Assembly: GCF_022045235.1 (NCBI RefSeq)
Contig: NW_027266269.1
Span: forward strand, 38,998,001 to 39,062,000
DNA length: 64,000 nt
Reading direction: 5' to 3'
From: Haliotis cracherodii
Taxonomy: Eukaryota
The notes below the pieces were generated by a model. The model was not told the origin of the DNA and made no database searches. It was given only the letters and a program-made list of their open reading frames with translations. The first letter of the stretch is position 1, and every line of letters begins with the position of its first letter. Shown piece by piece: positions 47,293 to 59,745 of this stretch. Made by a program: the position numbers and the translations under genes.

Positions 47293-47896
47293 TTGTGTTT
47301 TCGTTGTTGTAACGTTGTGGTAACGTTGGTGACGTTACGTCCACATAACGTTATTCTGTGTTGTCACAACGTCATGGCCTAACGTTGTGTTACGCCATAT
47401 TCACGTCGACACAACGTTGTGATGACGTTGTATTTTACGTTGTATTTTTACGTTGAGGGAACGTTGTATTTGACGTTGTGGTAATGTTGTATTTTACGTT
47501 TTGGCAATGTTATAATAATGCGTCCCTTCAACATTATTCTGTGTACTACCACGGACGCTGTCACAACGACGTGAAATAACTGTGTTTCAAGGATGAAATT
47601 CGTTGTGACCATTCCCCACTAAAATATTGTAAAAACGACCCAAAAAACATCTTCCGGAAATGTTTTAGAATATGCTTTAGTCACGTGAATGTGTATGATT
47701 CGAGATATCTTTTGCCAATATTTTAAATCCAGGGCGTCGAATAGCCCAGTTAACAGTTAGATCGTGTTTTGCTGACAATGTTCAAAATGTAAAATCTCAG
47801 CTGTTAACTAGATACATATGACTATAACAAAGTCAGGCACCATTACCCTTTAGGCAAGTACTGCAGGAAACAAAATAAGAATGACAGACATTATAA

Positions 47897-48182
47897 GGGG
47901 TTGACCATATAATATTTTCTGGGGAGGGTCGGGTCCTGGAATTTTATCGACAAAATATAATGTCACCGAAAATTCTTGACAAAAATATTTACGGTTCAGA
48001 CTGGTGAAAAAAATGCCTGCCACAAAAATGGACATAGATCTAGTTGCAAGTTGCTTATCTTCAGGTTCATAGAATTAAATAAAATCCTATATCTGCTTTT
48101 ATTTGCTGTGACCGAAAACATATGTAATCTCCATAGAAAAGTTCCAGGTCCCCACCTCCTTGAATATTAAATGGTCGGTCTC
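47897..48182. mobile_element. Small MITE, Harbinger-like with TAA flanks
   Basis: taa|ggggttgaccatataatatt ... aatattaaatggtcggtctc|taa. Confidence 0.5.
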
Positions 48183-51100
48183 TAATCAAGTCCATATAGT
48201 ATACTTCAACTTTCAGTCATGGGACGTCACCATTCAACAAAGAACTCCAAGACACATTTGTGTTCACCTTTTAATATTTTTAGATAACTGAAAATTTATA
48301 CACTTTTGGGTAATTATTGAATGCCAGAATCGCCCATCTTTGTTGTTCACTTCCAGTTCCCTGAAATACAAACAGCTTAATAAATCTCGAGCAGGTATTT
48401 GAAACATACTATATGACGAGAAACATTCATTTGGAGATAAGGCTTTATCAATATTCAAACAATAATGTATAATGCAAGTGTCTGATAGACAATGGAATGT
48501 AACTGTAAACAATTGTACTTACGTTAACATAATTCACAGCCCAGGGTTTATTTGGTGTGTTCCTCAATGATTCAACATTCTTGATTTTATCTCCTGGAAT
48601 GGTCGTGTAACATTTTCCCCCTTGCTGCAACGAAAACATAAAAAAAAGTCAAAACTAGAACTATATTCAATAAGCATAGACTTAGATCTATAGTCTATCC
48701 AAAAAGATAACATACATTGTATAATTACCTAGAAAAAACCCTGTAAATCTAAAGGCTACAGATATAAGTAACAAAATTATGAGTGCCATCATAAAAAAAA
48801 CCCATCACCTTATGTAATTTGGTTTCCATAAACACCGGTCTGACAAATCGGTCAGGAAAACCAGTGATTGTTATAGTGAGCCACGTCTCACAACCTCTGT
48901 CAGAGTGCAATGACACACAATCATGTTAGTACAGACATGGTTTGTTGGGGACCTTTTCTAAACCGGAATCCAAACGGGAACAGATATATTAGACAGGCAT
49001 TGTAGCTAATTACGACTCACATCTTCATCGCGGTACGATTTTGTAGCGACTACTAGCACTTACTCGTTCCGTTTTCGATCACCATTGTATTCTCTCTCAT
49101 TGTCAAAAAGTTTCAGAGAACCAAGTATCATATGAAATTTATTTGTTACTACGTTAATTATCACAATACAGTTCAAGATCGTTAAATGAAATTCTGTAGT
49201 ATGGTAGCCTACGTGGCAACATATGGAGATCGAAAACCGAACGAATATGGTTGCTATCAATTCCATTGTATTTTTCATTGGTGCACATTGGCTACACCTA
49301 TCTCACCTTAATAATCAACAAACGATGACCAACTCACTGACAATATATGGTGATATTCAACTTTCGACCATCGACCAGCTTATCACCAGCGAGGACAATA
49401 CCACAAACACCCCGTTATAGCGCGCGACGAGAGGCTCGTTTTACTTTTGCTCGTTTTCATGAGGAAGTCGGACATAGATCTAGTTATCGGAAAATGATGA
49501 ATTGGTTCTTTTTTGGAAATATTAGAAATACACATGATAAGCGCCTTGCTACAATAAAACTTTATAGACAACACCAACAATCAGATGACCCACATTTAGG
49601 CTACTTCAGTCAGTGCTAATTAGGCCTTTTCGGAAACAACAAGAAAATACAATTTTTCATAACATCATTGAGCGCTTTAGACTAGGGCTATAACTAGCAG
49701 CCTACAGAGAGTCGATCTGAAAATACTTCCATTGTTTTGATTCCCTCTCTTCGCAGTATAGGAGAAATCTACTCAACCTTTCCCATGGCCTGAATGAGCC
49801 ACATTGTTTCACAAGAATCAAAGTCAGAAGATTAGTACGTGTAAACTTTAAATAGTAATGATTTCACAAAAAAACAAGGAAGAAATGGCGATAACTGTCA
49901 GTGGTCAGTAGGCGATGCATAAGTTTGGCCTATTTACAGACCTATACTCTTACGATCGAAACCCGAACATAATATGACGGCCACAAAACGCCGCCAGACT
50001 GAATTCTGGTCAAACATATGCTGCTTGCGCTTGTAATTTACCCTTGGTATCCATAAAATACTAATATGGAAAAAAGTCTTGGGCCTCCTTCACCTCTACA
50101 TACATCATATTCTGTGTATCAAATATTAATATCAGCACTGACGCTCAGTGAAAGTGACCGGCAAACTGCATTCTGAACCCCGACACTTCTGAATAATACG
50201 ATACATTTAAATCATTTGACTATCTGCATGTACATAAACATATCAACAAGCGGAGACAGCTTTTGAAAAATAACTTACCTCATCCGAATTCACAGATCAT
50301 CTCTCCAATCCCAGTTGCTGCACAATCACTTGGTTGTAATATGTCCAGACTGAGCTTGAACTAAGATGGCTGGTGACAACAAATCTTCCGCGACAATGTG
50401 ACGTCATTCTTACGTCACTTCACGAGGCAACAGGCTAAACTTTTCAGCAGTCGCTCTCACGCCGCAAAAAATGCGCGCCAATTGTTTTTTACTGTAATAT
50501 TGCTTGTGACAACATTTAGTAGACAGACAACTTCGTTAATAGATATATATGTTTAAAAAAAATAAAACTAAGAGATGGTAGATCTACAAATGGTTTCCTA
50601 AACATCATTTACAAAAAGTGTTGTAATGTTCAAAGCACAACGTTATCACAACGTTAACCCTCTGGATGCCGAGATTTTTTTCTGACGCACATTTTCCTAA
50701 GATCGGAAAAGTGAAGGTTGTGCGAGAGTTGCGCTCACGCGGCAGTGGATCTATCTCTGGCTATAAAATAACGCACAGGTGGAGAATATTAAATTTCCTT
50801 TTTGATGGTTTGAATTAAACTGCAAATATTAAACCGGTTTTATAAAAAGACACTTCTAAATGTTGTCCGAGAATATATTCTGTGTTGAAAAACAGTAAAT
50901 TTCTCCGCTTTTTATCGTACATCGGTAAAAGTACTGTGCGACCTTCTTTTTTATTCAGAAACTGTGAGCGAACAAAATACTGCCTAATATCTAAAAGACA
51001 TAACTACATATCAAATGCGTATGTATAATGCGAGTTGTATGCGTATGTATAACGATATACATTCAATGCCAAAAATAACATGACGTTAATGACGAAAACT

Positions 51101-51780
51101 GAATTTTCTCTATGACGTCAAAAGGCGACAGAGAGTTTACACACGTACAACGAAAAGGGGGCATAACTCCTATGCATAGCACTAGTTTATTGTAACTCAG
51201 GTAAATTGGTGAGAATTAGCTGTGGTTTAGGACAACATATTTTCGTGGTGTATTGTTCACGAGGAACCGAACAATTCCAACACAAATAACGATATTAAAA
51301 CTGTATACGTTTAGTTTTTTTTAAAAATCCCATAAGAAATGATGAAATCGTACTTCATAGAAAAGAGGTAATAGAGAAATGGATGGCCCTAAACCTAGGA
51401 CTAAACCTATAACTTAGTCCTGAGATTCCAACATTATCCTGATTGTGTAAGTGTAATTTGACTTATGCTGCACCATTATTTATGGAGCACTAGCCTTATC
51501 ATCAAATGTAATGAAATATCCAAAAATAACACCATTCCTTTTGACGCCATGGCTGGTTTTATGTCTTTGATAACGTCGGAGAAGGACGACACTGGTATTT
51601 TGATTAATATATATCTCCCCTAATTTTCATTCATGGTATAGAAAATCTCGATTAATACAACGGAATTTGACGCTTTTTCGACACAACATAAAATGACTGC
51701 TTTCATCAAGTAAATCGTATGAGGTTGAACCAACGGAGTACCCGGCATGGGTTTTGTTTTTATACTTTTTACAATTACTG

Positions 51781-52999
51781 GGCCCACTTGCACAAAGCGA
51801 TCTTAGCGCTACAATTATTGTAAATCCTTAAGATCGCGATCTTAGGCTTTGGCTACAATCGTCATCCACTTGCACAAAGCGGTTGTAGGCTAAGATCATT
51901 TTAAGCTTCAATCGAAACTTACAATTGGCCCGGACCAATCTTAAGTAGCTAAGATCGCTGTAGTCCCTGACAAAATGGCGTGCAAGACAGGCGTTGTAGA
52001 ACCGCCGAGCTCCCCCTGTGTCGCTTATTTTGTCTTTAGTTTATCATTAAATTAATCTACAAGTGAAAAATAGTTGAAGTGCAAAATCATACGTTTAAAC
52101 CTTAAATCGAGTGGGACGGGCACGACCGGTTGTAATATCTAAATTTATAAGAAACAAATACAAATATTCATCAAACAAGCAAATACAAATGAGACATTTG
52201 AAATTTGGGTAACATATCCCATAAAAGTAAAATTCACACTTTTTAAGAAATATAATTAATAGCCAGTGAATATATATTAAACAACTGCTTTCTTGAATCA
52301 TTATTCTTATTTCCTGTCCATGCATTCTTGAAATCTCCCGTCTTACTGTGTTTTGAAAAAGTAGGCATAACATCCCTTGTTATAGCGCTGAAACTAAAAC
52401 ATGAAGGATATACATATATTTACGATTTTACGAAAAACTCCTCCAAATAGATTACGATCATACATTTACCTGTTATGTTATTAGGACATATTATTATTTT
52501 CTATTTTTATTTTCATAATAAGTATGTCACTAAATCTAAAGCCAAATCTACTAATGTATTTATTTGTATTTGAATGTATTTATTCGTATTTCAATACTTT
52601 CCAGAAAACAATTCCTAAATCACGACAGTATTATAGCCGAAAAAAATATATGCCATCATTCTAGAAATAGTTTCCTTCAAATAATTGGGACCTTTCAGCT
52701 GTGCAAGGTGCGATGGAGGGAGGTTCGTGTTATATGTTGTAACCGGTTCCACACGTTGTATGCGAAGCAAGATTTGCGAGTTTGCAAACAACCGTAGACA
52801 GTCGAGTTTTAAGATATTTGTACCTCCACCATTGAAGATTTTAATCTTAGTTAAGATTGCGAACTTAAATCCAAGCCGTCTTACAATCGCGTTAAGATCG
52901 GTTTGTGCGAGTGGAATATGACAATTGTATGGTAATTGCAAAGTTGATAGTAGGCGCCTAAGATCAATTGTAACTAAGATTGTTCTGTGCAAGTGGGCC
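51781..52999. mobile_element. Harbinger-type MITE nested in the piggyBac-like element
   Basis: TIR ggcccacttgcaca; perfect CTG TSD; absent from the paralogous copy. Confidence 0.88.
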
Positions 53000-54297
53000 C
53001 TGGAGTTTAATATCATGTGATCACAAGACTGAACAAAGAATGAACCCAGTGATTATATAATGCAAAACGAGAGCAATAATTTGTAAATTGTTTGTGACTA
53101 AAGCGCACCTGGATTCGTTAGATATCACTATTCTGTGTATCAAACGACATAAAAAACAATTCCAAAACCAAGAATTTTCTTTCAGAAAAATATGTTCTAT
53201 TTTGTTGAAGTAATATATTCAGTTTTAATTATAAAATAAAATGAAACGGTTATTCATGGACATTGGTTATATGAACTTATAATATTGACTATTACACATC
53301 CCAAGAAATACGTACATGCTGCAGTTACATTTACACTTCATCTCGTAACACTTGTCCAAAGGAAAGAAATATCGTATTCGACACTCTAAACCTATCAATT
53401 GTTATGTAAACAATGTTCAAACAAACAGGAGATTATCATAGGTTCGTTATTACATGTTGTCGCCTATATTTACGTATGATATCATTTTGAACATTGACAA
53501 ATATCCAAAGTGGAATTAATTGTGTGAAGAAAATGTATAAAAGATATGTAAAATCTACATCATAACTGAAACTGTAAACATCATGGTACAATGATCGTGT
53601 TCAAGGACCTTCACCTCAAAGAAATTACCAAATATGTACAACAATGTTGACATATGACACAACTACAGGTGACCGACTTTTACAAAATGGCGTGTTCACT
53701 GTCAACAGTACGCGGGATTTTACGAGGGGACTTTCGTTGATTCAGGGATCGTATATACATAAATGTGACATGTAAGTAATCAGAAACATTCTGACAATCC
53801 ATGTACTGTTATTTGTTGTTATAATTTTCATTGGAACCAACGGAAATAGTCCGAAATTCCGATAAATACCGTTGTCGTTGTGCGTGATTTAGCGTCAGTC
53901 ATGGCGTCACACAGGACGGTAACTTTGACAATTTCTGTTGAAAATATCAAATCATTGCAATGTATCTATTTTAAATTCCCTAATTCTTCCTACAGTTCTC
54001 TTCCCATGCATATTCTGAAAATGTTGAGCCAATATCTTGAACGAATAGACCATTGGATAGCTCAAAATAGGAGAAAATGCTACACTGTGTAAAATCTGTA
54101 TTTTGCTTTGCTTACATTTCAAACAAGTGCAGTTTTTCGACCACCGCGTTCATTTTCACACCTAACTTATTTTGCTTGATTTCATCTAGCCACTTTGTAT
54201 TGGTGACAAAGACCATTTGTCATTTGATTCTAAAATGTATGAGAAATTCAAGGATTTATGTATCGCAGCTAAGTTTGAAATATGTGTGATGTAACCG

Positions 54298-54779
54298 CAA
54301 TCTCATTAAAATCAGATCTTAGTTCTCGCTATCGCTAAACAAAGATCTGAGGACATCCCATTACGGGTCACGTCAGACCGACCTTGCACGAACTTTGACC
54401 GACCAATGGAATGACCAATCAGAAGGCAGCTCTCTCGTGCTTTACGGCACAAATTTCAAATTGGCGACTACGCTTCAAAACATATTTTGACAAATTACAA
54501 ATTTGAAACCTGAACAAAAAAACATTCTGGAATGGCTAATCGACGGTCTAGATTGTATGGATTCAGTCGTTAAAGCCGTAACTATCGTTCGGAATACCCC
54601 ATGCTAAAGTTTTGGAGATTGCATGATTAGAAATCACATTCCGACTGTCTCTTTCATAATCTGGTAAGCGACGCACTGATTGGTCGGATGAAAGGTCGTT
54701 CTGACGTGACCCTTATTGGGATGTCCTCAGATCTTTGTTTAGCGGTAGCGAGAACTAAGGTCTGATTTTAATGAGATTG
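54298..54779. mobile_element. Long-TIR MITE, Academ-like, with a RecQ-helicase-like remnant
   Basis: ~90-bp TIRs caatctcattaaaatcag...; CCG TSD; internal NLKPEQKNILEWLIDGLDCM. Confidence 0.7.
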
Positions 54780-55812
54780 CCGATCTACGTGAAACATGAT
54801 TTTGTAAACACTATCCAATATGGCGGAAAGTTCACCTTGGCGTTCGTGACTGCGTATTTTCCAAAACATTCGAAACGATTCTAGGGTTATCGGAGACATT
54901 TTGGAATGATCATTGGTGATTTGATAAAAGACAGATAACCGTGATCACTGATATGCTATTTTTGAAATGCATTTCTCCGAGTAAATATCCGATATTTAGA
55001 TTTCAAAACATGCTGTAAATAACGCCGTGAGTAGTGATTTAGTAAAGTGTTAAATATGGCGACATTTACGATGTACCTAATTTTCAGAGGTCATTTTGAG
55101 CACTTTTGCTTGGCCTAAAATGCCAGTGGATAATATCACAGAACAGAGCATGTCCCACCTTATTCAAAATTGTGAAGTATATTTGTGTGGATGATGTATT
55201 TTGAACTTTATTCGAAGTGAAAATGAGGGTTGTAGAGGAGGGACATATATGTCCCTGTGGCATCCAGGCGGTTAATTTGCAACGTTGTTGTTACGTTGTG
55301 GAATAACGTTACAATGTAACGTAATACTAACGTTGTCATAGAGATACGCAATTACGTTCTGGTATTAAGAGATGAAAATTCAAATGCCGAATATACAGAA
55401 AGGTAATGCATTACTGCCTTGGTATTCTGACAAATTCATGTTGATTTTGATAAAGCAGTTCTATTCCTTTATGAGTATCGAGAAGCAAACTCTATAACGT
55501 TTCACCGACGTTTGAGAAACGTATTAACAAAACGTTGTGTGATGTCCGATGCACAACGTTTTCACAACGTGAATGTGCAACGTTGTTATAACGTTGCACG
55601 TTGACGTTATAATAACGTTGTGACAACGTTATATCACGATATTACCACAACGTTTGACAACGTCGTGTGTCAGCTAGCATGAAAAATACTCTGCGACAGG
55701 AACAGTTGATATTGGCAAAGGAACATTGCAGTTTAAATAAATAACAAATAACTGTTTCTGGTATAAATGATTCGTGTAATATCGTGGCCACGCTTTGTCT
55801 TCATATACCCAC

Positions 55813-56073
55813 CTATTGGAACATTAACTGTGAGAAGCGGGCTTGTGGATAGTCCATTAACTCTGTATTCATACATGGCCCCATCCGAAGTCTGGACATT
55901 TGATATGCTCAGAATCTGAGATTGCCCATTCACAAACGTCTGTATGCGAACGTTGGTCGTCAATACCGCCCCGTTCTTATACCACTGTCCTGTTTGGATG
56001 TTACTCTGAAATAGGGTGGCCTGTATGATGACAGTACTCCCAGTATTGACTGTCTGGGGGGTTAGTCCCCTTA
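55813..56073 (-). CDS. Exon: I-set Ig-like domain lacking both canonical Cys
   Basis: GLTPQTVNTGSTVIIQAT...QWYKNG...LSISNVQTSDGAMYEYRV; donor ATA G|gtggg; weak aaag acceptor; 261 nt, phase 1-1. Confidence 0.7.
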
Positions 56074-56587
56074 CTTTGTTAAATGAATATATGCTATTCT
56101 CCTTCATGTTCACCTACCTTGTTGGTGAGACAAGTCAATGTGACACGCCAGTATACACAGACAGAACAAAAGGACACGTCCGATCATTCCTGGTTCTTAG
56201 CTGAGAACCTGCAACATACAAATATAACTCTGGGTCAGTTTGCCGCTTCGAAAGTGTCCGGACGTTGTACCACGAGGGGATTTAAACCCAGACTTCAGCC
56301 TGATGGAACGACGAGTGACACTTTAACTACCACTGGGCTACCCTACAACAACAGCAACATAATACTGCCACAAAAAAGTGGACATATTTTCAAAGAAAGT
56401 ATTACAGCTCAGTGTAAACAGAGCGGAACCTGTGCTAGTAGTCAGTGAAACGTCAGTAAAATCAACACACATTACATTGCTGGTGATATGTGCAACTGCT
56501 GCTATTTTTTTGGAACAATGATTTTATTGTTAGACGTGGCGTTTTGCAGGTCACAACGGCTTACAATTTATTACAGATGGAAAAATG

Positions 56588-56820
56588 TCAAGTCACAGAG
56601 ACATTTGCGACATTAATCTGTATGTGGGCAGTTGGTTGGGAGAATTGGTATTTCAGGATTCTGTGGTACATCTGTGTAGGGTTACTTCCCTTTGCCGTGT
56701 CAGGGTCTGCTGAACACTGGTTCGAATTTTTCGTTTCGCCTTGATCATGATCAACACCACACTCATGATCGTGGATTTCATCACAACTGAGATCCTCGGT
56801 GACCTGCTGCAGTGACGCTA
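56588..56820 (-). CDS. Probable terminal coding exon of an upstream gene (ASLQQVTEDLSCDEIHDHECG...AHIQINVANVSVT*)
   Basis: gctgtttcag acceptor, 76 open codons, TGA stop; product unknown. Confidence 0.5.
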
Positions 56821-56973
56821 CTGAAACAGCGGCACCCGGGACATACAGTGATGTGTATTGGTGTTATTTTCGTTGGCTTGTTTGTTGTTTGTTGTTTAAC
56901 ACCGCACTCAGTAACGAGAGGCGGCGGTTAAGATTCTGATGGAAAGTGTGATTGTATGTACGTTATCACGAAC

Positions 56974-57237
56974 TATTGCTGAAAGTTGAAATATTGCTGA
57001 AAGTTGAAATATTGCTAAAGGCTGAAATATTGCTGAAGGCTGAGATATTGCTAGATCTAAAATATTGCTGAAGGCTGAAGTATTGCTAAAGGCTGAAGTA
57101 TTGCTGAAGGCTGAAATATTGCTGAAGGCTGAAGTATTGTTTAAGGCTGAAGTATTGCTAAAGGCTGAAGTATTGCTGAAGACTGAAATATTGCTAAATC
57201 TGAAATATTGCTGAAGGCTAAATATTGCTGAAGGCTG
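56974..57237. repeat. 18-bp minisatellite (aatattgctgaaggctga)
   Basis: Seen directly. Confidence 0.9.
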
Positions 57238-57605
57238 CGTTAACAATACCTACTGACGCAAAATGATTAATAGAGGAACTAGAAACCAGAATTTTATGTT
57301 GGATGTATATTCGACGACGCTGCCCAAGGCGACATCTGACCTCACGCTCTGAGGACGCTATGTTGTAAAGAAAAGCCATTGTGCGTTAAGACAGGAAGAC
57401 CTAAAGTCTTCCACGTGACCTAACTTCTTCCACGTGACCTAACAATGTCACAGTGGAATATTCCGGTGTAACTACACTGACATCAATAGTTTCTAAAGTC
57501 TACTAACTTAGTTAGTGAATTTCACTGTGCACTCAGACACTTACATGTTAGTAGACTTTACTAATCAGTTAGTATTTGTGATACCACGCGGCGTATCGTC
57601 ACTAG

Positions 57606-57862
57606 CTTGGTTTGTTTGTTGTTTAACGCCGCACTCAGCAATATTCCAGCTATATGACGGCCGTCTGTAAATAATCGAGTCTGGACCAGACAATCCAGTG
57701 ACTGACATCATGGGCATCAATCCACGCAATTGGGATACGATGACATGCATCAACCAAGTAAGCAAGCATGACCACCCGATCCCGTCAGTCGCCTCTTACA
57801 AGCATAGTCGCCTTTTATGGCAAGCATGGGTTGCTGGAGAGCTATTCTATCCCAGATCGTGA
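57606..57862 (-). mobile_element. SINE family A copy
   Basis: Similarity to other copies. Confidence 0.85.
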
Positions 57863-58846
57863 AAATTCCAAAGATTTGTTTTTATAATTCTCATATTCCC
57901 TGACGCCTTCTGCACATTCAGGGTCGTACCATGGAAGGACCAGAGCGAAGACTGCACACCAAAAACATCACCCCACTCCACCATGTCGCTTATGATACCG
58001 TGTTTTTGCCAAAGCTGGGCATCCACTGACAGAGCGTTGGACAGTCCCATTAATATCATTTCATAATCTACATTTAATTTCGATGCATTTTGAAGCAAAA
58101 TCCCACATTGACGATTTCGAGTGGGAAGTGACTGGTCCTGTAGGAAATAGAAGATGTACGTTACAAGACTAGACTTACCTTCATGAAAGCGAAAGAGGGG
58201 CGAACGGAGTTGTGGAGGGACTAGCTTGAACCACACCCCTTCCTGTTCTGGTTCAACGCCAGACTGGGCTCCAAACTCCACGTTCTCCAAGTATTCAACC
58301 CTCGATGAATGGGATGACCCAAGGGGCGGAATGCGTGTATCCCATTCCCACAGTTCAACATAGGTCAGTGCATCTATTCATTCACTTACATGTACGTTCA
58401 CTAAGATCCCCCAAGTCTGTGTATCTATTGTATGTTCAGCAAGTCTTTAGGTAGGCTCCACGCTGAAGTTGCTTTGAAAGGATTCTGTTGGTGTTTGACT
58501 GAGAAGGTGCAATGTGTTTTGCCAACTTGTGACGTATCGCTTTAGGTGTCCTGCAGGCTTCTCGCTCCAGAGTATGCAGGGTAGGTCTTCTTTCGCTCCA
58601 GTGATCACCCCCTCCTTCTCATGTTACCCAATGTTCCCGGGAGTGGGCGGCCAAACCCACTCATCTAATCTATGCCATGTGGGCTGGATCCTGGTTAATG
58701 CGATGTCATCGGATATATGTCAACTTCGAACTTTTATCTCGATATCTCAGCTGCACCGATAGAATGGACAAGTTTATTGTAGCATTTTGTCGGTCACTTC
58801 TTTCGAACTTTGGATAACTTTTAGGAAGTCGACAGAACACTTCAAA

Positions 58847-59043
58847 GTACTGTAGTACCAGTTGCGCACTCCGGTTGTTTCGAACTGTGGATAACTCGAC
58901 AGTATGCTAAACAGTACTATAGCATCATTTCCGCACTCCGGTTGTTTTGAACTGTAGATACCTCGACAGTATGCTTAACAGTACTATATCATCAGTTCCG
59001 CACTCCGGTTGTTTCGAACTGTAGATATCTCGACAGTATGCTT
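58847..59043. repeat. ~66-bp tandem repeat x3
   Basis: cgcactccggttgtttcgaactgt...ctcgacagtatgct repeated. Confidence 0.85.
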
Positions 59044-59295
59044 GTCACTCTGCAAACACAAAAACGTCGTGTTTTCCCGTATATGGTCATTGGACGGAAA
59101 AACAACGTTATTTGGACTTTTTCAAACCATCATTTTTCCGTCCAAATAACGTTCTTGTTTGACATTGTCAATCTCATTAATGCATTCATGCGCGGCATTC
59201 TCTACCTCAAGAAGATCATGTAGTTAACATGCTTATCCAACTCCAACTACCATCCCGCTCAAGATGAATGTTTTATGTAATATCAAATTTACATT

Positions 59296-59421
59296 TACAC
59301 ACACACGCTCGCACACGCACACACAAGCAAACGCACAAGCGCACGCACACACGCACGCACACGCACACGCACACACACACACACACGCACACGCACACGC
59401 ACACACACACGCACACACACA
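59296..59421. repeat. (CA)n/(CACG)n microsatellite
   Basis: Seen directly. Confidence 0.95.
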
Positions 59422-59569
59422 CTTTGAGGCACCGTATCGCAAGCACACAAAGTCAGCGATCTAACCCAGCCACCGAACAAAAAATAAAGTCCAACAACTG
59501 TTAGTCCAGATCACGTACTTTGTGTACCCCTCTGACAAGTGAAAAATGACATGACTTGATCTCCTCAAA

Positions 59570-59745
59570 GGCACGAGCTTCAGACCACATTCCTGGAGTC
59601 TTCTGAAAACAATCTCTAGACGTTGAACATGTTCCTCATAAGTCTTGGAAAAGATTATAAGGTCATCGAGGTAGATGAGGCAGATCTTCAAATGGAGCCC
59701 CGCATGAGGACCATAGTCGCCATGTAAGGAACGACATAGATCGCC
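59570..59745 (-). pseudogene. Gypsy reverse-transcriptase fragment
   Basis: ICLIYLDDLIIFSKTYEEHVQRLEIVFRRLQECGLKL. Confidence 0.85.

Larger units (their letters stand above)
50658..55271. mobile_element. Non-autonomous piggyBac-like element
   Basis: TTAA|ccctctggatgcc ... ggcatccaggcgg|TTAA; second copy at 28503-31182. Confidence 0.8.
47292..55676. mobile_element. Possible large DNA element with AACGTT-rich subterminal arrays (EnSpm/CMC-like), hosting nested insertions
   Basis: acaacgtt/aacgttgt arrays at 47292-47580 and at 50610-50657 continuing at 55272-55670; termini not cleanly defined. Confidence 0.4.

Noticed and set aside
2310-56073. Naming the gene hemicentin, SCO-spondin or properdin
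   Set aside because: Only TSR/Ig are shared; chitin-binding domains follow the array and no EGF, G2F, vWD or LDLa exons were seen
57847-58800. 147-aa ORF and nearby coding-like sequence
   Set aside because: No recognisable domain, stops in adjacent frames, runs into a SINE; cannot support a call
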